Positions 30,441 to 39,745 of a DNA stretch of 64,000 nucleotides are shown piece after piece; within the stretch, counting starts at the first letter, position 1; each line of letters opens with the position of its first letter. Position numbers and translations under genes: made by a program. Location of the stretch: contig JBEBFS010000002.1 of the NCBI GenBank assembly GCA_040081855.1, forward strand, positions 80,497 through 144,496, read 5' to 3'. The notes under the pieces are model-generated. The model saw only the letters and a list, made by a program, of their open reading frames with translations. It made no database searches and was not told the DNA's origin. Source of the DNA: Bryobacteraceae bacterium (lineage in GTDB: Bacteria > Acidobacteriota > Terriglobia > Bryobacterales > Bryobacteraceae).

Positions 30441-31313
30441 ATGGACCGCGCCTGGACGCTGCCGGCGTCGCTCGCCTACACGCACTGGCTGGCCACGCAC
30501 CACTACGAAAACTTTCATGTGGTGAGTTTCCTGCTCCCGAAGCGCCTGCACCAGGATTTCTATAACGTTTACTCCTTTTGCCGCTGGGCCGACGACCTAG
30601 GGGACGAAATCGGTGATACTGCCGAAAGCCTGCGGCTGCTCTCCTGGTGGCGCACGGAACTCAACGCCATGTATGCGGGCGAAGCCAAGCACCCCGTTTT
30701 CGTGGCGCTGATGGGGACCGCAAAGAAGCATGCCCTGCCCCAGATTCTCTTCGATGATCTCATCAAGGCATTCGAACAGGACCAGACCGTTACCCGCTAT
30801 CGCAATTTTGACGAGTTGATCGAATACTGCCGCTATTCGGCCAATCCCGTCGGCCGCCTGGTGCTGGGCCTCTGCGGATATCAAGATGCCGAGCTTTGTG
30901 GCATGTCGGACGCCACATGCACCGCGCTGCAGCTTGCCAACTTCTGGCAGGACGTCATCGTCGATCTCGAAAAAGATCGCGTCTACCTGCCGCTTGATTT
31001 GCTCGACAAGTACGGCTATCCAGTGGAAGATCTCTTCGCCCGCAAGTTCGATGCGCATTTCGCCTGTGTGATGAAAGACGCCGTCGAAGTGGCGCGTGAA
31101 TTGTTCCTGAAGGGCATGCCGCTTGCCGACCGCGTGGACCGGCGCCTGGCGATCGATCTCGAACTCTTCAGCCGCGGCGGCCTCAAAATACTGTCCAAGA
31201 TTGAAGATCAAAAATACAACGTGCTGAGCGCCCGCCCGGCGATCAGCAAGACCGAACGTGTGGCGCTCTTGCTTGGCGCGCTAACCCGCCGGGCCTTTTC
31301 TCGCGCCGCATGA
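30441..31313 (+). CDS. hpnC: hydroxysqualene synthase (squalene/phytoene synthase family)
   Basis: HYENFHVVSFLLP, Asp-rich WADDLGDE and a second motif NFWQDVIVD. The ORF opens at GTG 30399, 4 nt after MDR2. Confidence 0.85.
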   Translation: MDRAWTLPASLAYTHWLATHHYENFHVVSFLLPKRLHQDFYNVYSFCRWADDLGDEIGDTAESLRLLSWWRTELNAMYAGEAKHPVFVALMGTAKKHALPQILFDDLIKAFEQDQTVTRYRNFDELIEYCRYSANPVGRLVLGLCGYQDAELCGMSDATCTALQLANFWQDVIVDLEKDRVYLPLDLLDKYGYPVEDLFARKFDAHFACVMKDAVEVARELFLKGMPLADRVDRRLAIDLELFSRGGLKILSKIEDQKYNVLSARPAISKTERVALLLGALTRRAFSRAA

Positions 31314-32188
31314 GCCATTCCAATCCTCCTATTACCGTTGAGACGTCCTATGACTGGAGCCAGCATGTTGCCCGGTTACAGGCGAAGAATTTTTATTATT
31401 CGTTTCTTTTGTTATCAAAAGAGCAGCGCCGTGCCATGTGCGCCGTTTACGCGTTCATGCGCTATTGCGACGATCTGAGCGACGAAATCAGCGACGATCC
31501 GGACGAAGATCAAAGCCCCGCCGGACGCGCCGCGGCGATCGAGCGGTGGCGCGAGGATCTGACGCAGGCGCTCCGCGGTGAAAACGTTCCCGAACACTTC
31601 GTGTGGCCCGGCTTCGCCGATGCCGTCGCGCGCTTCAAGATTCCGCACGAGTACTTCTTCGATATGATCGACGGCGTCCGCTCCGATCTGGGCCCTCGCC
31701 ACATTGAAACCTTCGACGAGCTTTACGATTACTGCTATCACGTGGCGAGTGTTGTCGGCCTCACGATCACTCACATTTTCGGCTTTGAATCGCCGGAAGC
31801 GTTGGCGTTGGCCGAAAAGTGCGGGGTTGCGTTCCAGTTGACGAACATCCTTCGCGACGTCAAAGAAGACGCCGAAAAAGGCCGTGTCTATTTACCCGCC
31901 GAAGATCTTCGGCGTTTCGGTGTCTCGCCCGATACGTTCGAGCCGCGCGATAAGTTCGTGCAGTTGATGAAGTTCGAAGCAGCCCGCGCGCGCGAGTACT
32001 ATGAGCAAGCGGCGCCGCTGATCGACATGGTGCATCCCAGCAGCCGGGCGTCACTCCGCGCCCTGATCGGCATCTACTCGCGACTGCTCGATCGCATTGA
32101 AGGCGCGAACTTCGACGTCTTCGCCGATCGCATCCGCGTCCCCGCTTGGGAAAAGATGTGGATTCTCGTGCGAAGCCTCGTGGGATAA
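31310..32188 (+). CDS. hpnD: presqualene diphosphate synthase (squalene/phytoene synthase family)
   Basis: FYYSFLLL, YAFMRYCDDLSDE, LTNILRDVKEDAEKGRVYLP. The ATG overlaps the hpnC TGA (ATGA). Confidence 0.85.
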   Translation: MSHSNPPITVETSYDWSQHVARLQAKNFYYSFLLLSKEQRRAMCAVYAFMRYCDDLSDEISDDPDEDQSPAGRAAAIERWREDLTQALRGENVPEHFVWPGFADAVARFKIPHEYFFDMIDGVRSDLGPRHIETFDELYDYCYHVASVVGLTITHIFGFESPEALALAEKCGVAFQLTNILRDVKEDAEKGRVYLPAEDLRRFGVSPDTFEPRDKFVQLMKFEAARAREYYEQAAPLIDMVHPSSRASLRALIGIYSRLLDRIEGANFDVFADRIRVPAWEKMWILVRSLVG

Positions 32189-32289
32189 CTCCCTCGTTTC
32201 GCAATGGCATCGGACCACGCTCGCGAGCGCGGGGATGGCCAGAGATTATTGCCGCTGCACCAAGCGCGGGAGCATGTTACGGTAACAGC

Positions 32290-32661
32290 ATGAATTGGAG
32301 TGCAATCGCGGCAGTGTTCCTCGGGGTTGCTGTGTGCATCGGCGCTTTCGGCGCGCACGCTTTGCAAGGTAGACTCGACGAATATTCGCGCGGCGTCTAC
32401 GAAACCGGCGTCCTCTATCATTTCTTCCACGCGCTCGGATTATTGATCGTTTCCGTACTTCCCCGCACCGGCGCACTCACCGAAGCAAGAGCCAACACGG
32501 TCTGCTGGCTCCTCGCTGCGGGAATTTTGCTGTTCAGCGGAAGCCTTTACACCCTGGCCATCAGCGGCGTGCGAACCCTGGGAGCCATCACACCCATCGG
32601 CGGCGTGGCGTTCATCGCCGCGTGGGCGGTTTTGGCCTACGGCCTGGTGCGCGGATCGTAA
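32290..32661 (+). CDS. DUF423 (YgdD-like) small membrane protein
   Basis: MNWSAIAAVFLGVAVCIGAFGAHAL...YHFFHALGLL...LFSGSLY. Four TM helices with the DUF423 signature. Confidence 0.8.
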   Translation: MNWSAIAAVFLGVAVCIGAFGAHALQGRLDEYSRGVYETGVLYHFFHALGLLIVSVLPRTGALTEARANTVCWLLAAGILLFSGSLYTLAISGVRTLGAITPIGGVAFIAAWAVLAYGLVRGS

Positions 32662-32691
32662 CGACGCAAAAAATACCGCGGGTACCCGCGA

Positions 32692-33693
32692 TCACGTGCG
32701 GGGTTCAACGCCTTCGGGCATGTGCGCTTTCAACCAATCCACGATCACGTGGTCCAGCCAGAATCGCGTTTTCCCTCGTGCCAGAAAACCCAAATGTCCG
32801 CCGTGCTCAACCGCGATTAAATGCAGGTGTGGATTCTCGCGGAACGCTGGATGATCGTAAAGCTTGAACGGGATCATCGGATCGTTCTTCGCCTGGACTA
32901 CGAGCGTGGGAATGCGGATGTGCTGCAGAAATTGATTCGAGGATTGCGTGCGGTAATAATTCTCCGCACTACCGAAGCCGAAAATGCGGGATGTGTAAAG
33001 CTCGTCAAAGTCGCGGATCGTCTTCACCTTCGGCAGATGCTCCAGCGGAAACAAGTCCGGCGCCATCGAATTGCGGCGTTTCACCCGGCGCTTCAATCGA
33101 TTGACGAACCTCTTGCGGTAGATGATATTCGAGGATCGCTCCGTGTCATCCACGCTGGCGGCTAAATCGATGGGCACCGAGACCGCGCACACCGATTCGA
33201 ACACTTCATGCGCGTGGTCTGCTAATTCGCCGGCCAGTTTCAGCACCATGTTGCCCCCGAGCGAATAGCCCACGGCAAAGATCGGCAACCCGCTAGCCTT
33301 TTTGCGCTCCCGCGCGACCATGAGCAGATCGCCCGTTTGTCCCGAATGGTAATTGCCGCCCGGACTCCACGGTGAACCACCGCAGCCGCGCATGTTGTAG
33401 CGATGCGTCCGAAAGCCCGCCGCCAGCGCCGCAGCCGCCATGCTGCGCGCGTAACCGGATTCGCTGGAACCTTCCAACCCGTGGATCAGAATCAGTTCCC
33501 CCACGGGCTTTTCCGGCGATTGCACACGCACCAGAATTTTGATGCCTGGTTCCGGTTCGTAATACACGTCTTCCACCGGCCAGCGATCGGCGCTTTCGGG
33601 CCGCGTCCAAAAATTCGCCGCAAGCGTCGAGATGTGCCCGCTACGAAAGAGCGGTTCAAAAGGAGGGTGCTTCGGAGGCTTCGGGAGTCTCAA
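32692..33693 (-). CDS. alpha/beta-fold hydrolase (YheT-like)
   Basis: HGLEGSS oxyanion region and nucleophile elbow GYSLGGN. Late D and H (NDPMIP, HGGHLGF). Confidence 0.8.
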   Translation of the reverse strand: MRLPKPPKHPPFEPLFRSGHISTLAANFWTRPESADRWPVEDVYYEPEPGIKILVRVQSPEKPVGELILIHGLEGSSESGYARSMAAAALAAGFRTHRYNMRGCGGSPWSPGGNYHSGQTGDLLMVARERKKASGLPIFAVGYSLGGNMVLKLAGELADHAHEVFESVCAVSVPIDLAASVDDTERSSNIIYRKRFVNRLKRRVKRRNSMAPDLFPLEHLPKVKTIRDFDELYTSRIFGFGSAENYYRTQSSNQFLQHIRIPTLVVQAKNDPMIPFKLYDHPAFRENPHLHLIAVEHGGHLGFLARGKTRFWLDHVIVDWLKAHMPEGVEPRT

Positions 33694-33830
33694 ATTCCAT
33701 TATCGCCAACGTGCACGATTGCGGCCGTGGGGCGGTTTGGAAATTCGTGGTCCATTCCTCCCCACGTCACCCAAAAATGAAAAACGCGGGAGCGTCGGCT
33801 CCCGCGTCCATCATTACTTCCACAACCAAT

Positions 33831-35111
33831 CTACTTCTGGAGCAGGAACCGCTGGACGCGCTCGCCGGCGAACACTTCACCGGTGTAAAGGTTGCCCTTC
33901 GAGTCCGTCGCGATCATGTGCAGGCCGAAGAACTGCCCTGCATTTTCGCCCATGCTGCCCAGCGTACCCAGCACTTTCCCATCTTCGCGATTGAGGAACC
34001 AGACGTGATTATTGGTGAGATCGGAGATGTACAAGAACTTCTGCGCCTTGTCGTTGGAGAACATCACGCCGCCGGTGGATCCTCCCACGGCCGTCATTGG
34101 GGCCAGAATGAATTCCTTATTCATGTACGTGCCATCCTTCTTGAACACCTGAATGCGGTTGGCGTTGCGGTCCGCCGCATACACCATGCCGTCGTTCGAG
34201 ATGTTGATCGTCAGGTGGCCGCGGAATTCCTTCGGCATCGGACCGCCGGGCTTGTAGGCGCGGTCGGCATCGTTGGTCGACATTTCGGAGAGTTTATGGC
34301 CATAAGCGCCCCAGCCGCGCTTGAACTTCAGCGTGTCCAGGTCGAATACCATGATGCGCCCGCCCAGGTAGTTGTCGGCTGCATACAACTCACGCGCCGC
34401 TTCATCCAAGCGGATCTCTTCCAGCCCGCCCACGATTACCGGCGTGGTCGGCGGATACTTTTCTTTGAAGGCCTTCATGTCGGCTTCGCGCTTGGCAATG
34501 ACAGCCGGATCAGGACGTGGACGGCCACCAGGCAGGAAGCCAGCCACCGGCCCCATGGTTCCCTTTCCCTTGACGTGATTTTCGGTCAGCGCAGCCGGGC
34601 TGCTATCGCCGCCTTGTCCGGGAACACGATCCGGAGTGCGCTGAATTTCACCCACCAGCTTTCCGGTTTTCGAATCATACTTGCGGATCGTATCCTGGCC
34701 CAGGTACGCGAAGCCCTTCGAATCGATGGCCATTCCATGGCCCTGCAGCGCGTCGAAGGAGCCGATCACGTTGCCGGCTTTGTCGAAATGAATCATCGAC
34801 GGCGGCCGCACGCAGCAATCGGCGAGTGGCGGATCCAGCTCGGCTTCAAGCTCAATGTCCGTCAAATCATTCGGACGGTTGTACGCCCACACGGTGTCAT
34901 CGGGAGCAACGGCCAGACCGGTTACGCCACCGATCTTCCATTTGTTAGGAAGCGTCTTCGGCCAATCGGGATCGAACTTAAACTTGGGAGCAGCCTGGTT
35001 CTGCGCCGGGAGCGAAACACTGTAGACGAGTACGCCCACGCCGGCCAATGCGGCGGCAGCGAAAGCACGGCCCAAAACTTTGTTGTTTCTCTTCATGAAT
35101 CCTCTCTTCAA
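33831..35111 (-). CDS. secreted NHL-repeat beta-propeller protein (peptidyl-alpha-hydroxyglycine lyase-like)
   Basis: Signal peptide and repeated NHL-type blades (GLAVAPDDTVWAYNR, HGMAIDSKGFAYLG, LYAADNYLGGRIMVFD, MVYAADRNANRIQVF, GLHMIATDSKGNLYTGEV). Confidence 0.75.
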   Translation of the reverse strand: MKRGFMKRNNKVLGRAFAAAALAGVGVLVYSVSLPAQNQAAPKFKFDPDWPKTLPNKWKIGGVTGLAVAPDDTVWAYNRPNDLTDIELEAELDPPLADCCVRPPSMIHFDKAGNVIGSFDALQGHGMAIDSKGFAYLGQDTIRKYDSKTGKLVGEIQRTPDRVPGQGGDSSPAALTENHVKGKGTMGPVAGFLPGGRPRPDPAVIAKREADMKAFKEKYPPTTPVIVGGLEEIRLDEAARELYAADNYLGGRIMVFDLDTLKFKRGWGAYGHKLSEMSTNDADRAYKPGGPMPKEFRGHLTINISNDGMVYAADRNANRIQVFKKDGTYMNKEFILAPMTAVGGSTGGVMFSNDKAQKFLYISDLTNNHVWFLNREDGKVLGTLGSMGENAGQFFGLHMIATDSKGNLYTGEVFAGERVQRFLLQK

Positions 35112-35192
35112 GACCTGCGGCAGATCGCCTCACTCGGATTGCCGACCATGAAATTATACGCTAGGCCCACATACGCCAATTCGCAGGGTTAG

Positions 35193-36410
35193 TTAAGGCT
35201 TGCCCAAAGAGCATAGCGGATCGCCGAGCACAATGTTCTGCCAACTGAGCACCGGCAGGGACAAATAGAAGCTCTCCGCGAGGTTGCGGCCCTGATAGTA
35301 GGCCGGCATCAGATAGTCCGGGCGCGGCGTGTACATAAGGTACGGTTCGTAGACGTGCCCGGAGGCACCCGTCGCGCCCTCCTGTATCAGATCGGCGGAT
35401 AGCCCCTGGGAGCTGCCTCCGAACATAAAGCGCGGATCGTCCCAGCGGGTCTGCGATTTCCAACTGTCCGGCGGGCGCGCGAAGGTGCGGCCATCGCTCG
35501 AGACATATTGTGTTGCGATGCCGCCGGGAAGCCAGCGGAAGCCGGGAACGCGGCGGTCCCTGTGCCCATCGTTCGAGCCCCAACTCGCGTAGCCGATGAC
35601 GTCCTGCGCACCATACACCGGCTTTTCGCTTTCGTCGAATAAAACGCGGCCTGCAGGTAACGAAATCGCGGCGTCGCGAAGCCAGTTATTCCCCTGTGCA
35701 TCGTCTGGTGCGGAGAGATCCAAAACAAACTTACCGCGATTCTTCGCCGCCAGAGAGCGGTCAATCATGGCCTTCACTGTGGGAACATCATAGGCCGCAA
35801 GCCGCGTCACCATGTACATCGGAAATTCAGGATGGGAAAACGGCTGCGAACGGCGTCCGTAAAAAGGATTCCCAATCGGCCCGCCAATCGGATGCGGCTT
35901 GCCGGTTTTGAGATCGAAATACAGCAGCGCCAATTCGCTGTCCACCGAAGCCCTGTCACCCTCCGTTCCGTTGCTGCCATCGATACGCAGCGGAATGCCC
36001 AGCGTGGTCACAAGATAATACACGCTTTCCACAAGGTTCCCCTGTTTCAGGCACGCCGCGACTCTGGTTGCTATGGAATCGTTGTAAGCGACTCTCGAAA
36101 TTTCTTCCTGAACCGGCGCGGCAATCTTGCAGATATTCCCAGCGGGAATGCGCCGGCGCATGGCGTAGTAATCGGCAATCGCCACCGATTCCGGCGAGTT
36201 CTCATTCACTACTAACAGGACCCGCGCCGCAGACGTCTGGTCGCTGGCAGCTGGTGAGCCGGTCTGCGCTTGCGCCGCGGCTCCCACAAGCCAACCGCAG
36301 AGAACTGCGATCGCCATCGCGGTGCGGATCTTCCGGCCCTGGCCAAATGACATTTCTTTCATCCTAATGGATTTAGCGGCGAGAAAAACGGTACGACAAA
36401 GCCCCCGCAC
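35193..36410 (-). CDS. secreted hypothetical protein (resembles TIGR03790-type family)
   Basis: Signal peptide (AMAIAVLCGWLVGAAAQA), then VLLVVNENSPESVAIADYYAMRRRIP... Start uncertain (ATG 36362 or 36353 likely). Confidence 0.5.
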   Translation of the reverse strand: MRGLCRTVFLAAKSIRMKEMSFGQGRKIRTAMAIAVLCGWLVGAAAQAQTGSPAASDQTSAARVLLVVNENSPESVAIADYYAMRRRIPAGNICKIAAPVQEEISRVAYNDSIATRVAACLKQGNLVESVYYLVTTLGIPLRIDGSNGTEGDRASVDSELALLYFDLKTGKPHPIGGPIGNPFYGRRSQPFSHPEFPMYMVTRLAAYDVPTVKAMIDRSLAAKNRGKFVLDLSAPDDAQGNNWLRDAAISLPAGRVLFDESEKPVYGAQDVIGYASWGSNDGHRDRRVPGFRWLPGGIATQYVSSDGRTFARPPDSWKSQTRWDDPRFMFGGSSQGLSADLIQEGATGASGHVYEPYLMYTPRPDYLMPAYYQGRNLAESFYLSLPVLSWQNIVLGDPLCSLGKP

Positions 36411-36454
36411 AGTGGGATACTAGTGGATAGCGGCCTTTACGCCGTTCCTTGCGC

Positions 36455-37396
36455 ATGGATCTCGATCAGCTCCACACATTTCTGGAAATCGTCCGGCTGA
36501 AGAGCTTCTCTAAAGCGGCGCAGTCGTGTTTCCGCACGCAGCCCGCTGTTAGCGCGCAGGTGCGTCAACTGGAGCAGGAGATGAATGCCCCGCTCTTTGA
36601 ACGCCTGGGGACAAAGATCGCCCTCACGCCCGCCGGTCAAATTTTCGCCGAATACGCCGAGCAGATCCTGGATCTGAAACGCCGCGCGCAGGACTCCATC
36701 AACGAACTGGAACGCGTGCCGCGCGGTGAACTTGTCATCGCGGCCAACGAGGCCACGTGCATTTACGTGCTGCCGCAAGTCTTTTCGGAATACAAGAAGC
36801 GTTTTCCCAATATTCAAATTCTGGTGGATCGCTCCTTCGGGGCGCGCGTCGTGGAAGCCGTGGTGGATAACCAAGCCGACTTCGGGATCGTTCAGTTGCC
36901 GGTCACCGAAAAACGTCTGCAGATCGCCAAGATTCATTCCGATGAGATCAAAGTGATCTGCCCGCCTGACCATAAGCTGGCCGAAGGTGGCGGCGTGGCA
37001 CCGGCGGACCTCGCGGGCTGCCCCTTGCTTGTGCCTAAGGCAGGCGTTACCCGCAGCCGATTGAATGCTTGGCTGGATCCAGCCGAGGAATCGATCACGA
37101 TTTCGATGGAACTGGATTCCACGGAGATGATCAAGCGATTCGTCATGGCTGGATTGGGCGTCGGCTTCGTGGCCGAGGCGCACTGCCAGGAGGAAGTCGC
37201 AGCAGGGCTCCTGGTGACAAAGTCGCTGGCGCCCGAAGCGATGGTCCGGCAGATCGGGTTGATTTATCGGAAGGACAAGGCGCTTTCGAAGGCGGCCCTC
37301 GGATTCATTGAGGTCACACTCGCCTATGCGGTGAAGACACTCCCGCATCTTCGAACAGAGGCCCCGGTGGAAGTGGCAAATTCGGGAAGACGGTAG
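36455..37396 (+). CDS. LysR-family transcriptional regulator
   Basis: MDLDQLHTFLEIVRLKSFSKAAQSCFRTQPAVSAQVRQLEQEM wHTH and a LysR substrate-binding domain. Divergent from the secreted-protein operon. Confidence 0.9.
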   Translation: MDLDQLHTFLEIVRLKSFSKAAQSCFRTQPAVSAQVRQLEQEMNAPLFERLGTKIALTPAGQIFAEYAEQILDLKRRAQDSINELERVPRGELVIAANEATCIYVLPQVFSEYKKRFPNIQILVDRSFGARVVEAVVDNQADFGIVQLPVTEKRLQIAKIHSDEIKVICPPDHKLAEGGGVAPADLAGCPLLVPKAGVTRSRLNAWLDPAEESITISMELDSTEMIKRFVMAGLGVGFVAEAHCQEEVAAGLLVTKSLAPEAMVRQIGLIYRKDKALSKAALGFIEVTLAYAVKTLPHLRTEAPVEVANSGRR

Positions 37397-37416
37397 AATC
37401 GAATTCAGGGGCGGCA

Positions 37417-37794
37417 ATGCAGCGAGTTACAGTACGGACGTCGACAATATTCATCGGTAAGGGTAAAGAAACCCACGTTTTTCATTCCGTGGACGACGTC
37501 CCTCCAGCACTGCGCCACGAACTGGAGCAATCGACCAACAGCTTCAACTCCGCCACTATCCTGATCGCCGACCGCCGCGGCCGCGAGGAAATCGTCCGCG
37601 CTTTGAATGGCTTACCCTCCAGCCTGCGCAGCCGCTTGGCGAATTCGCTCAACAGCCGCGCGCAGGAACCCGAACCCGTGGTCCCGGAAGGCGTCGTCGA
37701 CCGGAGTGTGGGGTTCGTCCGCCGCAATTGGCTGGAGATCACTCTGCCAGTGGCTGTCGGCTTCATCATCTGGGCCGCTTTCAACTACCGTTAG
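37417..37794 (+). CDS. hypothetical protein with C-terminal TM anchor
   Basis: 125-aa ORF 20 nt after lysR. C-terminal hydrophobic helix LEITLPVAVGFIIWAAF. No recognisable family. Confidence 0.4.
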   Translation: MQRVTVRTSTIFIGKGKETHVFHSVDDVPPALRHELEQSTNSFNSATILIADRRGREEIVRALNGLPSSLRSRLANSLNSRAQEPEPVVPEGVVDRSVGFVRRNWLEITLPVAVGFIIWAAFNYR

Positions 37795-37881
37795 CCAGCA
37801 CTCCGCGGGAATTTTTGCGGAATTTCTACTAAACCCTTCCAAATTCCGGCCGATATATAGGTTGCTGGAGTATCGAGCCAG

Positions 37882-38199
37882 ATGGAACTTCGTCCTATAC
37901 CCACCCCGGCGCAAAGAATGCGCCCATTGATGGAACGCCGTTCGGAACCGCGCACCACAGTTTCAGAAGAAATTAGTGTTCACGTACCGGGCTGGGCGGG
38001 GCAACCGAACCCCATGCCGGCGCGCGTGGTGAGTATATCCGGGCATGGCATGTGCCTGCACACGCACCACCCCGTTCAGTGCGGCGTGCATATCGAAATA
38101 CGAACCAAACAGGGCGTGATCACAGGAGAAGTTTGCCGTTGCAAGCACGAGGGCAAAGGATACTCGCTGGGCGTCCGTCTGCCACGCGCCTCGGCCTAA
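37882..38199 (+). CDS. PilZ-like domain protein
   Basis: RRSEPR (RxxxR-like) followed by VVSISGHG (D/NxSxxG-like) and a beta-barrel-like remainder. Several in-frame ATG starts. Confidence 0.55.
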   Translation: MELRPIPTPAQRMRPLMERRSEPRTTVSEEISVHVPGWAGQPNPMPARVVSISGHGMCLHTHHPVQCGVHIEIRTKQGVITGEVCRCKHEGKGYSLGVRLPRASA

Positions 38200-38360
38200 G
38201 CCGTTTCCGCCCGGAAACGAAATGTGGCACACGCGTCCTCCTTGAAACCCGCCTCGACGACTGCCTTTCATCCGTTCAACCTCCATTTTCTAGACCAAAG
38301 TGTGATTCGTTCCTGCGCAAAGATTGCATTTCCACCCATAGCCTCGTTCATAATAAGAAC

Positions 38361-39239
38361 GTGGAAAATCGGAGAGTTGCCATTTTCGGAAGCGGTGGGC
38401 AGTTGGGGCGGGAACTAGTCGCGGAGTTCATCAAGCGCGGGTACGAGGTGACGGGTTATGAACGCACGGACATCGACATAACCGACGCCGCGCAGATCGA
38501 CCAATGCCTGACCACGCTGGACCCGGCCATCGTCATCAACTCCGCCGCCTATAACCAGGTGGACGTCGCCGAAAAGGAACCGCAGGCGGCGTATTCCGTC
38601 AATGGACTCGCCGTGCGCAACCTGGCTCTCACCTGCCGCCAGATTGACGCGCGCCTGATTCATTTCTCGACCGATTACGTTTTCGATGGCCTCGCGGGCC
38701 GCGCCTACACGGAACAGGACACACCGCGTCCCCTCGGTGCCTATGCCGTGTCGAAGCTCGCGGGCGAGTTGTATGCGCGGGCGTATCTCGATAACGCTCT
38801 GGTCATCCGCACGTCGGGGGTGTATGGACCCGCGGGACACAAGACGCCACGCGGCAACTTTGTGGAACTAATGCTCCGTCTGGCGGCGAGCAACCAGCCG
38901 ATTCGGGTTGTGGAAGATCACGTGGCCTCGCCGACGTTTGCTCCCGCGCTTGCTTCTCGAACTGCCGATCTTGCCGAGCGTGAAGCCAAAGGGGTGTTTC
39001 ACATCGCCGGAGGCACGCCGATCTCGTGGTTCGATTGGGCGGTGAAAATTTTCAATGCCGCCAAGGTGAATCCTCCGCTCAAACCAACGAATGAACGCGA
39101 ATTCCGCACGGCGGCGCGCAGGCCGAAATACTCAGCGCTCTCGAACGCGAAGATGGAATCGCTGGGGCTCGCGCCTATGCCTACACTTGATGAAGCCATC
39201 GGGTTGTACCTGCTGGCGCGCGGCCGGCACACAGATTAG
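38361..39239 (+). CDS. rfbD: dTDP-4-dehydrorhamnose reductase
   Basis: VAIFGSGGQLGREL, STDYVFDG, YAVSKLAGE catalytic YxxxK. GTG start at 38361 inside the ORF that opens at 38052. Confidence 0.85.
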   Translation: MENRRVAIFGSGGQLGRELVAEFIKRGYEVTGYERTDIDITDAAQIDQCLTTLDPAIVINSAAYNQVDVAEKEPQAAYSVNGLAVRNLALTCRQIDARLIHFSTDYVFDGLAGRAYTEQDTPRPLGAYAVSKLAGELYARAYLDNALVIRTSGVYGPAGHKTPRGNFVELMLRLAASNQPIRVVEDHVASPTFAPALASRTADLAEREAKGVFHIAGGTPISWFDWAVKIFNAAKVNPPLKPTNEREFRTAARRPKYSALSNAKMESLGLAPMPTLDEAIGLYLLARGRHTD

Positions 39240-39272
39240 GGCGCGAGGGGCCCGAAGGCGCCGGAGCGTGTT

Positions 39273-39728
39273 CTAGTACTGCAGTACGTCTCCCACCTTC
39301 AGCCCATTCTTGGCCGCCTGGCCGGCGTTGATTTCCAGCACGTAGCTGGATTTTTGCGTACCGCCGTATTTGGGACATTGCGAGGCCTCCGTCTTGCACG
39401 GCGGCGTGTCGGCGGAAATTTCGACAATCCGATGGTCTCGATCCATCCACACGATGTCGAGCGGAATGCGCGTCTGGAACATCCAGTAGGCGTAAAGGTC
39501 TTCCTTTGGATGGACAAACAACATACCGCGATCGTCGGCCAGCGAGTCGCGGAACATCATTCCCTTCATGATTTCAATGGTTTGTCGCATGATCTCCACC
39601 GTGATGGATTTCCCGTTCGGAAACTTCACGTGCGTGGAACCGATGCCATCGGTTTCTTCTCTGGAACAGCCGGTGAGGAACAACGCCAACGCCAAAAAGC
39701 CAACGAACAGCACGAGCCGGGATCGCAT
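39273..39728 (-). CDS. DUF192 domain lipoprotein
   Basis: Lipobox LTGC. DUF192 core GMLFVHPKEDLYAYWMFQTRIPLDIVWMD. Confidence 0.75.
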   Translation of the reverse strand: MRSRLVLFVGFLALALFLTGCSREETDGIGSTHVKFPNGKSITVEIMRQTIEIMKGMMFRDSLADDRGMLFVHPKEDLYAYWMFQTRIPLDIVWMDRDHRIVEISADTPPCKTEASQCPKYGGTQKSSYVLEINAGQAAKNGLKVGDVLQY

Positions 39729-39745
39729 TCCTTTAGAATAGAGGT

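Noticed and set aside
32218-32229. Perfect 12-bp palindrome CGCTCGCGAGCG after hpnD as a terminator
   Set aside because: It forms a loop-less hairpin with no U-tract, and is more likely a chance GC palindrome.
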